A DNA stretch of 35,620 bases, taken from the NCBI GenBank assembly GCA_017883315.1, contig JADGNW010000426.1, forward strand, positions 1 to 35,620, written 5' to 3'. Numbering within the stretch: position 1 is the first letter of the stretch; each line of letters starts with the position of its first letter. Position numbers and translations under genes: made by a program. The notes beneath the pieces are model-generated. The model did not search any database and was not told the DNA's origin. It saw only the letters and a program-made list of their open reading frames with translations. Positions 9,415 to 16,730 of this stretch are shown here, in pieces. Origin of the DNA: Blastocatellia bacterium (GTDB lineage Bacteria > Acidobacteriota > Blastocatellia > UBA7656).

Positions 9415-9829
9415 TGTGCAACAACCGCACGAACCCAGCCTGTTCGAAATTGTGATCGGTCGTCAAAGCCTCAACGAGGCTGCGCTGCCGCATCACCACG
9501 AAGCTTGAGCAATCAACCAGGCTCCAATCTTTGTCCTGCCTGTTTGCGAGCAACTTCCACGATTCCTGATCGAGAGTTCGGTCGATGTGTATTACCTCAA
9601 CATATGGCGAGGACTTCAGACTCTCTATGAAAGCTATCGTTATTGAACGAGGGATACGAAGTGGGCTGGTGAAAAGTGCAACCAATTCGCTGATGACATA
9701 ATTCGTGGTAATTACCCTTCGGTTATCGTCGCGAGCGCTCCGGTATAGGGTCGTGGCAAGAGTGTGATACGCCTGTGTTTGATCGACGAGATGGCCCCAG
9801 CCGGACGTATCGCAGAACAACTCCGCCAT
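9407..9829 (-). CDS. PIN-domain toxin (VapC-like), second copy in the window
   Basis: 140 aa. Acidic PIN positions are plausible at FCDTSGW, VISELV, LVDCSSF and TTDHNF. The start abuts the stop of the upstream small ORF (TGAATG). The stop overlaps the CobN-like start by 8 nt. Confidence 0.8.
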   Translation of the reverse strand: MAELFCDTSGWGHLVDQTQAYHTLATTLYRSARDDNRRVITTNYVISELVALFTSPLRIPRSITIAFIESLKSSPYVEVIHIDRTLDQESWKLLANRQDKDWSLVDCSSFVVMRQRSLVEALTTDHNFEQAGFVRLLHNG

Positions 9830-10099
9830 TCAACCTTCTTTCTGCCATTCGCCCCGCGCCTCTTGCGCCAAGGCGTCTCCCAGGTAGGAATCGTGCTGGT
9901 CGGCCCAATCGGGAACGGTGCTCTTCAACGAGCCAATGAATTTCTCAATCGGGTCATCCGAAGACTTTTGCGCTGCTGTAGCCAGCCAGCCAGCAGCGAT
10001 CTCTTCGGGAGTCTTACCTGCCTGATCTGCTGTCTTAGCTAGCGGCTCATATACGTCCTCAGGTACCTCGATTACCAGCGTGCGTTGCATCGTAGTCAC
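9830..10099 (-). CDS. Putative cognate antitoxin of the PIN toxin
   Basis: Small acidic ORF directly upstream of and abutting the PIN gene. The start is either GTG 10099 or, better, ATG 10090, which has GAGG 9 nt upstream. I recognise no specific family. Confidence 0.55.
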   Translation of the reverse strand: MTTMQRTLVIEVPEDVYEPLAKTADQAGKTPEEIAAGWLATAAQKSSDDPIEKFIGSLKSTVPDWADQHDSYLGDALAQEARGEWQKEG

Positions 10100-10111
10100 C
10101 TCGGCTGAATC

Positions 10112-12190
10112 CTACCATCTCTTGTTGGCAAAGACCAAAGAACGCGAGTCGATTGCTGCCTCGCGCACGACGCGATATGCAGTTTCGCAGCTCGCCTGCG
10201 CCAGATATACGTAGCGAGCTCCAAGCCTTCGAGCCAATGCGACGCCTTCGCCATTCGAGAGAAACTTTGCCTTCGTATCCACAATCACAGATGCGATTCC
10301 TTCGGCTCGAAGCAACGCTCCGAGTTGCTTCAACTCATCCTCGATCGCTCGCCCGTGGCGCAAACGCACGTTCGCTCTTCCATCGGTGAACAGCACCAGC
10401 ATAGCTTGCGATAAACCCTGATGCCGCGAGACCCGTGCGAGTTCTATAGCCTTCAACACTCCGGCAGAGATCGGCGTGCCGCCTCCCGCCGGCATCGCGT
10501 CCACCAATCGTTTGGCCAGCTCCACGCTGCGCGTCGGGGCGAGCAAGACTTGCGAGCCTTCACCGCGAAAGCTGATCAGTGCAACCTTGTCGCGATGAAG
10601 ATAAGCTTCTCCGAGCAATCTAGTAAGCGCTCCCTTTGCCTGGGCCATCCGATTGAGAGCCATGCTGCCGCTCGCGTCGACGGCAAAGATGAACATGATA
10701 CCCGATCGGTGTTTGAACTTCTTGTAGCGCAGATCACTGGGCTGAACCTTGACGCGACGGCCGCTGTGCGTCGCCGATCCCGTTTCGTTTCCCGGTGCGG
10801 GCCGCGTTGCGCGCGAGTCCACGAGCGTCCTTCGAAGTTGGAATGGCGCGGCCGCCCGCAGCGTCGCATCAATTGCAACCCTCGCGTCACGAGTCCGTCG
10901 AGGCTCGCTGCGAACATAACGCCCCCGAGTAGACGTTGAGCTCTTGAAGCGCTTCCCAGAACGAGACGAACGGGATCTTTGTTGTTCGGCTGCAAGCAGG
11001 TCCTTCGGCGCGCGAGAGTCGATTGCCGCAATGATTACGTCTTCGATTCCCGCAGGACTTGAATCAGCGCTGTCTCGATTCTCCGACTGACTATGCTGGT
11101 CCTTTTCCTGCTCTGAAGATTCCGTCTGCGTTTCTGCTACTTCTTCCGCAAGAGGAAGCGTCGTAGCGCGCGGCGCAAGCACAAGCTGGATTGCAACTAC
11201 CAAATCATCGTCGTCAACAGCATCACGAGCCGCCAACGCCGCATTTGCGCGAGCGGCCTTCAACGCAAACAGGTCGGCCCGGTTTCCTTCGACTCCGAGT
11301 CTCATCGCGATCTGCGCGATTTGTCGCCTTCGTTCCTTTGAAACTTGAACTCGAGGCAAGCGCGTTCGACCGGCTTCAATGGCTTGCTTGATTTGAGCGG
11401 TCTCAAACGCAAAGTCTTCTTCGAAGGCGGCCGGGTCTTTCTCAAATCGAAAATCCCGCTCGATGATCTCCGCTCGTTCATCAGTCGAAGCGTCGGCCGA
11501 TGATTCGACGATCAAGCCGACGCGATCGCGCAGCAGCGAACTCGGCCCGCCTTCAGCGGGATTGAACGTTGCGACTAAAACGAAATCAGCAGAGTGGGTC
11601 GCGCTCACCGATTCGCGTTCGACCGACACCCGGCGAGAGTCCAGCGCTTGAGCAAGGTGAGCGGCGGTCTGCGAGTCCAGGAGATTGACGCTGCCGGCGT
11701 AACACACTAGTCCGTCGGCTTGCGCAAGAAGCCCCGGCGACACTTGTCGCTTCCCTGTCGACAGTGTTCGCTCGAGGTCGAGTCCTCCAAGCAAGCGGTC
11801 TTCGGTGACGCCGAGTGGAAGCTCGATCATCTGAGTATCGATCTGGCCCTGTAGGGGCGTCCCTCCGTGGGCGCCCCTCATTGTGCCACCGCGCTTTGAT
11901 CTTCTCAGGAGGGGCGCCCATGGAGGGATGCCCCTACAGGTTGACTGGCATGGCCCTTGCGGCGACCCATGTCCGATTGTCGAAGGACTTTCCGCGAAGA
12001 TCGACGCAAACGCTCGCGCAAGAACGCTCTTCGCCGAACCGGTCTCCGACGCGATGAGCACGCCTCTCAACTCGGGCTCGATTGCAAGCAGCAACAGTGC
12101 GTGCTTCGCTGGACCGTGAGCCGCCACTGCGGCAAAAGGATATCTGATGCGATCAGGTGAGAGTGACTTCGACTTCGACATTGCGATCAC
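10112..12190 (-). CDS. bchD: Chelatase subunit D (ChlD/BchD-type: AAA-like N-domain, acidic/Pro linker, C-terminal VWA domain)
   Basis: YPFAAV...LLLAIEP...[18 protein letters not shown] matches the N-domain. There is an acidic linker ([25 protein letters not shown]). The VWA domain has MIDAS DASGS ([10 protein letters not shown]...FTDGRANV). The GTG start forms a GTGA overlap with the chlI stop. Confidence 0.85.
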   Translation of the reverse strand: MIAMSKSKSLSPDRIRYPFAAVAAHGPAKHALLLLAIEPELRGVLIASETGSAKSVLARAFASIFAESPSTIGHGSPQGPCQSTCRGIPPWAPLLRRSKRGGTMRGAHGGTPLQGQIDTQMIELPLGVTEDRLLGGLDLERTLSTGKRQVSPGLLAQADGLVCYAGSVNLLDSQTAAHLAQALDSRRVSVERESVSATHSADFVLVATFNPAEGGPSSLLRDRVGLIVESSADASTDERAEIIERDFRFEKDPAAFEEDFAFETAQIKQAIEAGRTRLPRVQVSKERRRQIAQIAMRLGVEGNRADLFALKAARANAALAARDAVDDDDLVVAIQLVLAPRATTLPLAEEVAETQTESSEQEKDQHSQSENRDSADSSPAGIEDVIIAAIDSRAPKDLLAAEQQRSRSSRSGKRFKSSTSTRGRYVRSEPRRTRDARVAIDATLRAAAPFQLRRTLVDSRATRPAPGNETGSATHSGRRVKVQPSDLRYKKFKHRSGIMFIFAVDASGSMALNRMAQAKGALTRLLGEAYLHRDKVALISFRGEGSQVLLAPTRSVELAKRLVDAMPAGGGTPISAGVLKAIELARVSRHQGLSQAMLVLFTDGRANVRLRHGRAIEDELKQLGALLRAEGIASVIVDTKAKFLSNGEGVALARRLGARYVYLAQASCETAYRVVREAAIDSRSLVFANKRW
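11848..11940. repeat. 93-nt palindromic element embedded in frame in the chlD coding sequence
   Basis: 31-nt arms at 11848-11878 (CCTGTAGGGGCGTCCCTCCGTGGGCGCCCCT) and 11910-11940 (AGGGGCGCCCATGGAGGGATGCCCCTACAGG) are reverse complements at 29 of 31 positions. The loop is 31 nt. Total length is 93 nt, or 31 codons. It translates as [30 protein letters not shown] just upstream of the conserved ELPLG motif. Confidence 0.75.
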
Positions 12191-13323
12191 CTGATGGCGG
12201 CCAGCCGCCCGGTAGTCATAGTTGTCGCGCGCTTCGGGATAATCTCACCGAGCGCCTGCTCGATGCGCGCGCCGCTGTCTACGGTCTCGAGCGGATCTCT
12301 ACGAAGCCGATGACGCAGCGACATCACTGCAACTCTTCGCGCGTCATCAACAGTCGCTTTCGTGCGCCCTTCAAACGCTGCAAGCGCCCGGGCCGCGCGA
12401 GCGATAGTCAGCTCGCCGCGATGCCCATCAACGTTCAGCGAGACGCAAAGTTCAGCAATCTGCATCAGAAGAGCGCGGTCGGTCTCGACGCGAGGAAGCA
12501 GCTTCTTGCCGCGCGTGATGCGTCTTCGAAGCTGATCCTGGTCGCTTGTCAGCGCGGATTGAAAAGCTACGGGATCGTCATCAAACCGCTCGCGTTTCTC
12601 GACGATCTCGACGCGTTGATCGAGGTCGGTAATAGTTGTTATCTGAGTGTAGAGTCCAAAGCGATCGAGAAGCTGAGGTCTCAATTCGCCCTCCTCGGGA
12701 TTACCGGACCCGACAAGCACGAACCGCGATGGATGGCTGACAGAAATGCCTTCGCGTTCGACAACGTTGCGGCCCGATGCCGCCGCGTCGAGCAAGACGT
12801 CGACAAGATGATCGTCAAGCAGATTGACTTCGTCGATGTAGAGAAAGCCGCGATTCGCGCGCGCCAGCAACCCCGGCTCGAACGCCTTCACTCCCTCGAC
12901 CAGAGCGCGCTCGATGTCGAGCGTCCCGCATACTCGATCTTCAGTCGCCCCCAATGGAAGCTCGACTACAGGAACCGCGCCGCGCTCCGTCGCCACGCGA
13001 TCATCGTGGGAGAATTTCTGCTTGCAGTCCTGACACAATTCGTTTGCGCGATCGGGGTCGCAGCCGAAGAAGCAGCCTTTCACCTTTTTGATTGGCGGCA
13101 GCAGATCGGCAAGCGATCGAACAGCAGTCGACTTACCAGTCCCGCGATGGCCCATGATGATGACGCCGCCGATGTGTGGATCAATGACACTGAGCAAGAG
13201 TGCCAGCTTCATCTCTTCCTGGCCGACGATGGCGGTGAAAGGATAGACGACGCGGTCGCTCGACGAGCGATTTGTTGCGCGCCCACTCTTAACTGCGCTT
13301 TTCGACTTGGGCTTTTTTGGCAT
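12187..13323 (-). CDS. bchI: Chelatase subunit I (ChlI/BchI AAA+ ATPase)
   Basis: [18 protein letters not shown], Walker [23 protein letters not shown], Walker [14 protein letters not shown], and [16 protein letters not shown] place the start at ATG 13323 (MPKKPKSK...). The 137-codon extension in the ORF track overlaps the upstream gene and an intergenic hairpin. Confidence 0.9.
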   Translation of the reverse strand: MPKKPKSKSAVKSGRATNRSSSDRVVYPFTAIVGQEEMKLALLLSVIDPHIGGVIIMGHRGTGKSTAVRSLADLLPPIKKVKGCFFGCDPDRANELCQDCKQKFSHDDRVATERGAVPVVELPLGATEDRVCGTLDIERALVEGVKAFEPGLLARANRGFLYIDEVNLLDDHLVDVLLDAAASGRNVVEREGISVSHPSRFVLVGSGNPEEGELRPQLLDRFGLYTQITTITDLDQRVEIVEKRERFDDDPVAFQSALTSDQDQLRRRITRGKKLLPRVETDRALLMQIAELCVSLNVDGHRGELTIARAARALAAFEGRTKATVDDARRVAVMSLRHRLRRDPLETVDSGARIEQALGEIIPKRATTMTTGRLAAIR

Positions 13324-13447
13324 TCTTGAGCAGTGGCGGGCGCAGAACTCATTCCTGGCTTCGGCTGCGCTCAACAACCGATCTTCAATATAGAGGGGTG
13401 ATTTCGAATCAGTCAACCAGCCGTCATGGTTCAGTCTGGACCGCGAG

Positions 13448-13532
13448 AAGGAACCGCTGATTTGCGCCGACTGTCGTTTCGCTGATCTGCGCTGATCTGC
13501 GAGCCAAAGGCAGCGTGGATCAGCGGTTCCTT
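13448..13532. repeat. 14-bp perfect inverted repeat (AAGGAACCGCTGAT / ATCAGCGGTTCCTT) enclosing a tandem GCTGATCTGC x2; upstream of chlI
   Basis: Arms at 13448-13461 and 13519-13532. The direct 10-mers are at 13481-13500. The GCTGAT core occurs four times in total, one of them inverted. Confidence 0.6.
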
Positions 13533-13615
13533 TTGCCCCAGCAAGACCGACTGAACAATTGCCAACCAGCGCTATTGACGGAGAGTGAACTACGGAGCGG
13601 CAAACAAAGGAGGCT

Positions 13616-13641
13616 GGGGGCGGCCAGCAGAGGGCCGCCCC
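13616..13641 (-). terminator. GC-rich stem-loop just downstream of the His/Cys-rich protein gene; candidate intrinsic terminator
   Basis: GGGGCGGCC / GGCCGCCCC is a 9-bp stem with a 7-nt loop, 21 nt after the stop at 13662. A weak T-rich tract (CCTTTGTTTG) follows on the minus strand. Confidence 0.45.
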
Positions 13642-13661
13642 GAGGTTTGAGGGTTTGGCGC

Positions 13662-14276
13662 TTACTTGTCCTTCGCGTCCTTCGCGCGCGATGCAACGGC
13701 AAAGGGGCACGTCCCCTTCTTCATGGCGCCGCAAGAGTGACCGGCTTCAATTGACGCCTGCTTATCCGCCTCAAGGGAGTCGCCCGTCTGGTGGTCTTTG
13801 ATCTGGTAACGCAGGAACCCGTGAATCGCCTCTACTGCTTCCGCGTTCGCGCTAGCAATTCGGACTCTGGCGCCGAATTCGATCGTCTCAAATGTGTAAC
13901 TGATATCGGCCTTCAAGCGCTTCATCGTGGGCACGCCTGTAGGCGCTTCGCCATGAATAAACATAGGCGCGCTGAAATCGCCGTCCGCGAACAGCTTCGC
14001 TATGTGCGAGAGGTGAGCCTTGATCTGTTCCTGGCTTGCGGCGTCCTTGGGATCATTGGCGGTCACCTCGATCGCACCGCCGTCCGCAGTCAGGCGAAAA
14101 TGGTGTGTCGTCTTCTCGTGGCTGAACCCCATAGCGTGGTCGCCGCGTTCGCTCACGCCATCCACACGCTGCTGATGATTGTGATGTTGATCAGTCGGCT
14201 GCTGTGCTCCGGCGGTCAAAGCCAAAGCCAGCATCACTGTTAACAAAAGCCCAACGTAGTTTTTCGCTTTTACCAT
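13662..14276 (-). CDS. Secreted His/Cys-rich protein, putative metal-binding; function unknown
   Basis: Signal peptide [26 protein letters not shown]. His-rich stretch DQHHNHQQ...[16 protein letters not shown]-terminal [13 protein letters not shown]. The start overlaps the merR-family stop by 7 nt. Confidence 0.65.
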   Translation of the reverse strand: MVKAKNYVGLLLTVMLALALTAGAQQPTDQHHNHQQRVDGVSERGDHAMGFSHEKTTHHFRLTADGGAIEVTANDPKDAASQEQIKAHLSHIAKLFADGDFSAPMFIHGEAPTGVPTMKRLKADISYTFETIEFGARVRIASANAEAVEAIHGFLRYQIKDHQTGDSLEADKQASIEAGHSCGAMKKGTCPFAVASRAKDAKDK

Positions 14277-14785
14277 TGAGTCTCCTTGCTCTCTTTCTTT
14301 CGGTTGATAGATGTGTGGGTGAGGCTCGATGCCCGTGTCCGCCTCCGAGAAGTCTTCGCTGCCAGCGACTCCAAAAGACCGGCGCGCTCCGAAGGCGAGT
14401 TCTTCGCCAGTAGCGCGTCCCAGTTCTTCAACAGCCTGCGCAGTTCGTCGCGCAGCGCTGCAAGCTCACCAAGTTGAGTCTCAACCTCGGTGAGCTTTGT
14501 CCCCGCGAGCGCTCTCACCTCGTGGCACGGCGCGCCGCCCCGGTCGCGCACGCTCAAGATGCGAGCCAACTCGTCCAGGGTGAATCCGATTCCGAGCGCG
14601 CTTCGCACGAGACGCACTCGATCGAGGTCACTAGCCGGATATTCGCGATAACCGTTCGCCGAACGTCGCGGCCGTGCGAGCAAGCCCTTGCGCTCGTAAT
14701 GTCGCAATGTGTCGGTGCTCACACCGGCCAGCCGCGCCAGTTCCCCTGATCGCAAATACTGTTGTTTCGGGGTCTCTTCCCTCAC
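14270..14785 (-). CDS. MerR-family transcriptional regulator
   Basis: N-terminal HTH LRSGELARLAGVSTDTLRHYERKGLL...NGYREY, followed by a long coiled-coil (TKLTEVETQLGELAALRDELRRLL). There is a single Cys (GGAPCHEV) and no C-terminal Cys pair. Confidence 0.85.
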   Translation of the reverse strand: MREETPKQQYLRSGELARLAGVSTDTLRHYERKGLLARPRRSANGYREYPASDLDRVRLVRSALGIGFTLDELARILSVRDRGGAPCHEVRALAGTKLTEVETQLGELAALRDELRRLLKNWDALLAKNSPSERAGLLESLAAKTSRRRTRASSLTHTSINRKKESKETQW

Positions 14786-14802
14786 TTGTTCACCTTCAAG
14801 CG

Positions 14803-14834
14803 ATTATAGACTCTGGAACAGGTTCCAGGGTCAA
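14803..14834 (-). promoter_or_regulatory. MerR-type promoter: TTGACC, 20-bp spacer containing the dyad CTGGAAC-N2-GTTCCAG, then TATAAT
   Basis: Read on the minus strand. The -35 is at 14834-14829 and the -10 at 14808-14803. The dyad is at 14813-14828. The site is 18-50 nt upstream of the merR-family GTG start. A long spacer with an internal dyad is the classic MerR operator layout. Confidence 0.6.
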
Positions 14835-14851
14835 GCTCTTTTCTTGCTTGT

Positions 14852-16465
14852 TCATTCAGAGCGTACGGTGACGGCGTGATGACCCGATGAGCCGCTCGGG
14901 GCAGGAGGAGCTAATTGGGACGTTTGCACAACCCCGCGGCCGTCGGTCGCTCTCACCACGAGCTGGTGCTTGCCCGCTTGTTCAGGACTCCATCGCTTAT
15001 GCCACAGCACCCAGGTGTAAGGCGACAACGCTGGCTTGATCTCCGCTGGTTCCCACGTCCTTCCGCCATCGGTTGACACTTCAACTTTGCCGATCCCGCG
15101 ATCGCCGGCGAATGCGATTCCGGCGATTGTCGCTTCTTCTTTCACCTTTCGTGCAGGGGCATCAATGCGCGACATCGTCTTGTACTCGGCGCGATCATCC
15201 CAACCGCGTCTTTGCCAGTAGCCTTTGAAATCAATATCCACGGCTTCGATCCGAGTAATCCACTTCACATTCTTCATGCCGTAGATGCCCGGCACAAGCA
15301 GCCTCAGCGGAAAGCCATGCTCGGACGTAAGCCGTTCGCCGTTCATCGCGAAAACGAGCAAGGTTCCGTCTGCCATCGCGCGCTCGATCGGAATCGAATC
15401 GGTGTAATCGTCGCTCGCGCGCAGCACGATGTCGACAACTCCCGATCTTAGCCCGGCTTGTTTGAGAATGTCACCGAGTCGAACCCCTTTCCACATTGCG
15501 TTGCCAATCAGGTCGCCGCCCACCTCGTTGCTGATACAAGCGAGCGTCGCGTACTGCTCAACCGAAGGAAGCGCGCTGATCTCGTCATAAGTCAGCGAGA
15601 GCGGATTGTCGACCATGCCTGTGACTTCGAGCTTCCATCGGCGCGAATCAACTTGAGGATCGAACGCATTCTTGGATACGAGATAGAAGTCGCGCGTTGG
15701 CGTGATCTCGAGCGCGAGACTATCGATCTCGGGAAACACACCACTGCCGCCTTTCACGCGGCCCGACCCGGAGCTAAACCACGAACCCAGAAGCGAGCTC
15801 GCGATGTCATAGATTCCTACCGCGAGCACTGCATAGCCGATCCCACGCACTACGCGGCGGCGGCTGATAATTTTGCCGGGTGCGGCGGCCGTCATTGGTC
15901 GATCGATGTACTGTGCGGTCGCGAGCAAAAGCGTCGCCCCGTAAATCGCATGCACGGCGAGGAGTGAGATCGATGTGAAGACCGCCCCCTGTTGCAAATG
16001 CCCCCCAAAGACACCGCCGCCCAAGAGTGGAAGCAGTATCAAGACCGTTGCCGCCCAGACTAACAACGAGAATGCGAACGCCGAGATGCGGCGAGCGAGC
16101 GAAGAGCCACTCACTCTCGAGTAACGAAGATAAGCTACGCCCGCGCCGATCAGCGCGAGAAGATAGAGAACAGTGCAGCCCACAAACGCCAGATGCTTGG
16201 CAAACGGGCCGAGCATTCCGACCGCGACTTCGACGGCCCACATTGGAGCAACCGCGAAAACAAATTGGGCCAGAAGCTCGGGCACCAGCGGCGCGCCTAA
16301 CGCGAATCGCGCGATGAAACTTGCGGTCAACGCCGCTACTGCCGCCAACAAAGCTACCTGAAACCTCAACTCGCCGGCAGTCGGCAGGTCCGGCGCGGTC
16401 CTGTTCAAATCAAGTTTCAGAAAGTCCATTCTGTTTGCTCGAACTAACTTTTTAGGTGGCGGCAT
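14852..16465 (-). CDS. Membrane-anchored molybdopterin-dependent oxidoreductase (sulfite-oxidase/YedY-like fold)
   Basis: 537 aa. The N-terminal ~230 aa have about 6 hydrophobic helices. The catalytic-domain motifs are ATLACISNEVGGDLIGNAMWKGVRL, NGERLTSEHGFPLRLLVPGIYGMKNVKWI and DFKGYWQRRGW, followed by an Ig-like C-terminal domain. Confidence 0.85.
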   Translation of the reverse strand: MPPPKKLVRANRMDFLKLDLNRTAPDLPTAGELRFQVALLAAVAALTASFIARFALGAPLVPELLAQFVFAVAPMWAVEVAVGMLGPFAKHLAFVGCTVLYLLALIGAGVAYLRYSRVSGSSLARRISAFAFSLLVWAATVLILLPLLGGGVFGGHLQQGAVFTSISLLAVHAIYGATLLLATAQYIDRPMTAAAPGKIISRRRVVRGIGYAVLAVGIYDIASSLLGSWFSSGSGRVKGGSGVFPEIDSLALEITPTRDFYLVSKNAFDPQVDSRRWKLEVTGMVDNPLSLTYDEISALPSVEQYATLACISNEVGGDLIGNAMWKGVRLGDILKQAGLRSGVVDIVLRASDDYTDSIPIERAMADGTLLVFAMNGERLTSEHGFPLRLLVPGIYGMKNVKWITRIEAVDIDFKGYWQRRGWDDRAEYKTMSRIDAPARKVKEEATIAGIAFAGDRGIGKVEVSTDGGRTWEPAEIKPALSPYTWVLWHKRWSPEQAGKHQLVVRATDGRGVVQTSQLAPPAPSGSSGHHAVTVRSE

Positions 16466-16483
16466 TATAGCGCGTGCGGGCTC

Positions 16484-16683
16484 GAAGTCAGAGGTCAGAA
16501 GTCAGTAGGCAGAAGGCGGTGGGCAGAAGGCAGTAGGCGGAAGGCGGAAGGCAGTAGGCGGAAGGCAGAAGGCGGAAGGCGGAAGGCGGAAGGCAGAAGG
16601 CAGAAGGCAGAACGCAGGAAAGCAGGAGAAGGCACAAGTCTGCTCACTGCCTACTGCCTTCCGCCTTCTGCCTTCTGACCTTC
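16484..16683. repeat. Heptanucleotide tandem array (GAAGGCR/GTAGGCR) x19, then 5 inverted heptads forming a foldback
   Basis: I counted 19 consecutive 7-mers from 16484 to 16616. A degenerate tail follows to about 16647. Then come TGCCTAC TGCCTTC CGCCTTC TGCCTTC TGACCTTC (16648-16683), which are complementary to the array. Confidence 0.85.
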
Positions 16684-16730
16684 GGGGCGTTCAAAGTTGC
16701 CGAGACAAAGCTGAAGATAGTAATCTCTTT

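Noticed and set aside
10112-13323. ChlI/ChlD reinterpreted as a MoxR-vWA type NTPase conflict (defence) system with PIN as its effector.
   Set aside because: Both proteins carry the specific chelatase hallmarks. These are the ChlI YPF..IVGQ..MK and ELPLG.TEDR motifs, and the ChlD tripartite AAA / acidic-Pro linker / VWA-MIDAS layout. A CobN-family fragment also follows. Chelatase ancestry is therefore much better supported. The oddity is reported as an embedded TA rather than as a defence system.
12157-13329. A 390-aa plus-strand ORF almost exactly co-extensive with, and antisense to, chlI. Similar long antisense ORFs occur at 22373..23467 and 23489..24478 (sulfatase), 24943..25707 (FGE), 29125..29835 (TPR) and 8446..9009 (cobN').
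   Set aside because: I checked the phases. These ORFs are in the codon-aligned antisense frame (for example 12157 and the chlI codon starts are both 1 mod 3; 22373, 23489 and the sulfatase codons are all 2 mod 3). That frame stays open whenever the sense gene avoids TTA, CTA and TCA codons, as GC-biased genes do. Their translations are Arg/Ser/Ala-rich low-complexity sequence with no motifs. They are shadow ORFs, not overlapping genes.
13324-13661. A cobalamin riboswitch upstream of the chelatase operon. On the minus strand there is AAAAGGAACCGCTGATCCACGCTGCC and, near the start codon, GCCAGGAATGAGTTCTGCGCC, which vaguely resembles the B12 box.
   Set aside because: The conserved cores are missing or interrupted (GGTGAAAATCC, GCCCCCGCAACTGTAA, GCCACTG, and a contiguous AGCCAGGAGACCTGCC). 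The resemblance is at the level of short G/C-rich words. It needs an Infernal scan before any claim.
13324-13734. The 137-codon N-terminal extension of the chlI ORF in the track (12187..13734), which would overlap the His/Cys-rich protein gene.
   Set aside because: The extension has no homology-like features, is Cys/Arg/Ser-rich, and crosses the terminator hairpin and the inverted repeats. The canonical ChlI N-terminus (..[13 protein letters not shown]) follows shortly after ATG 13323.
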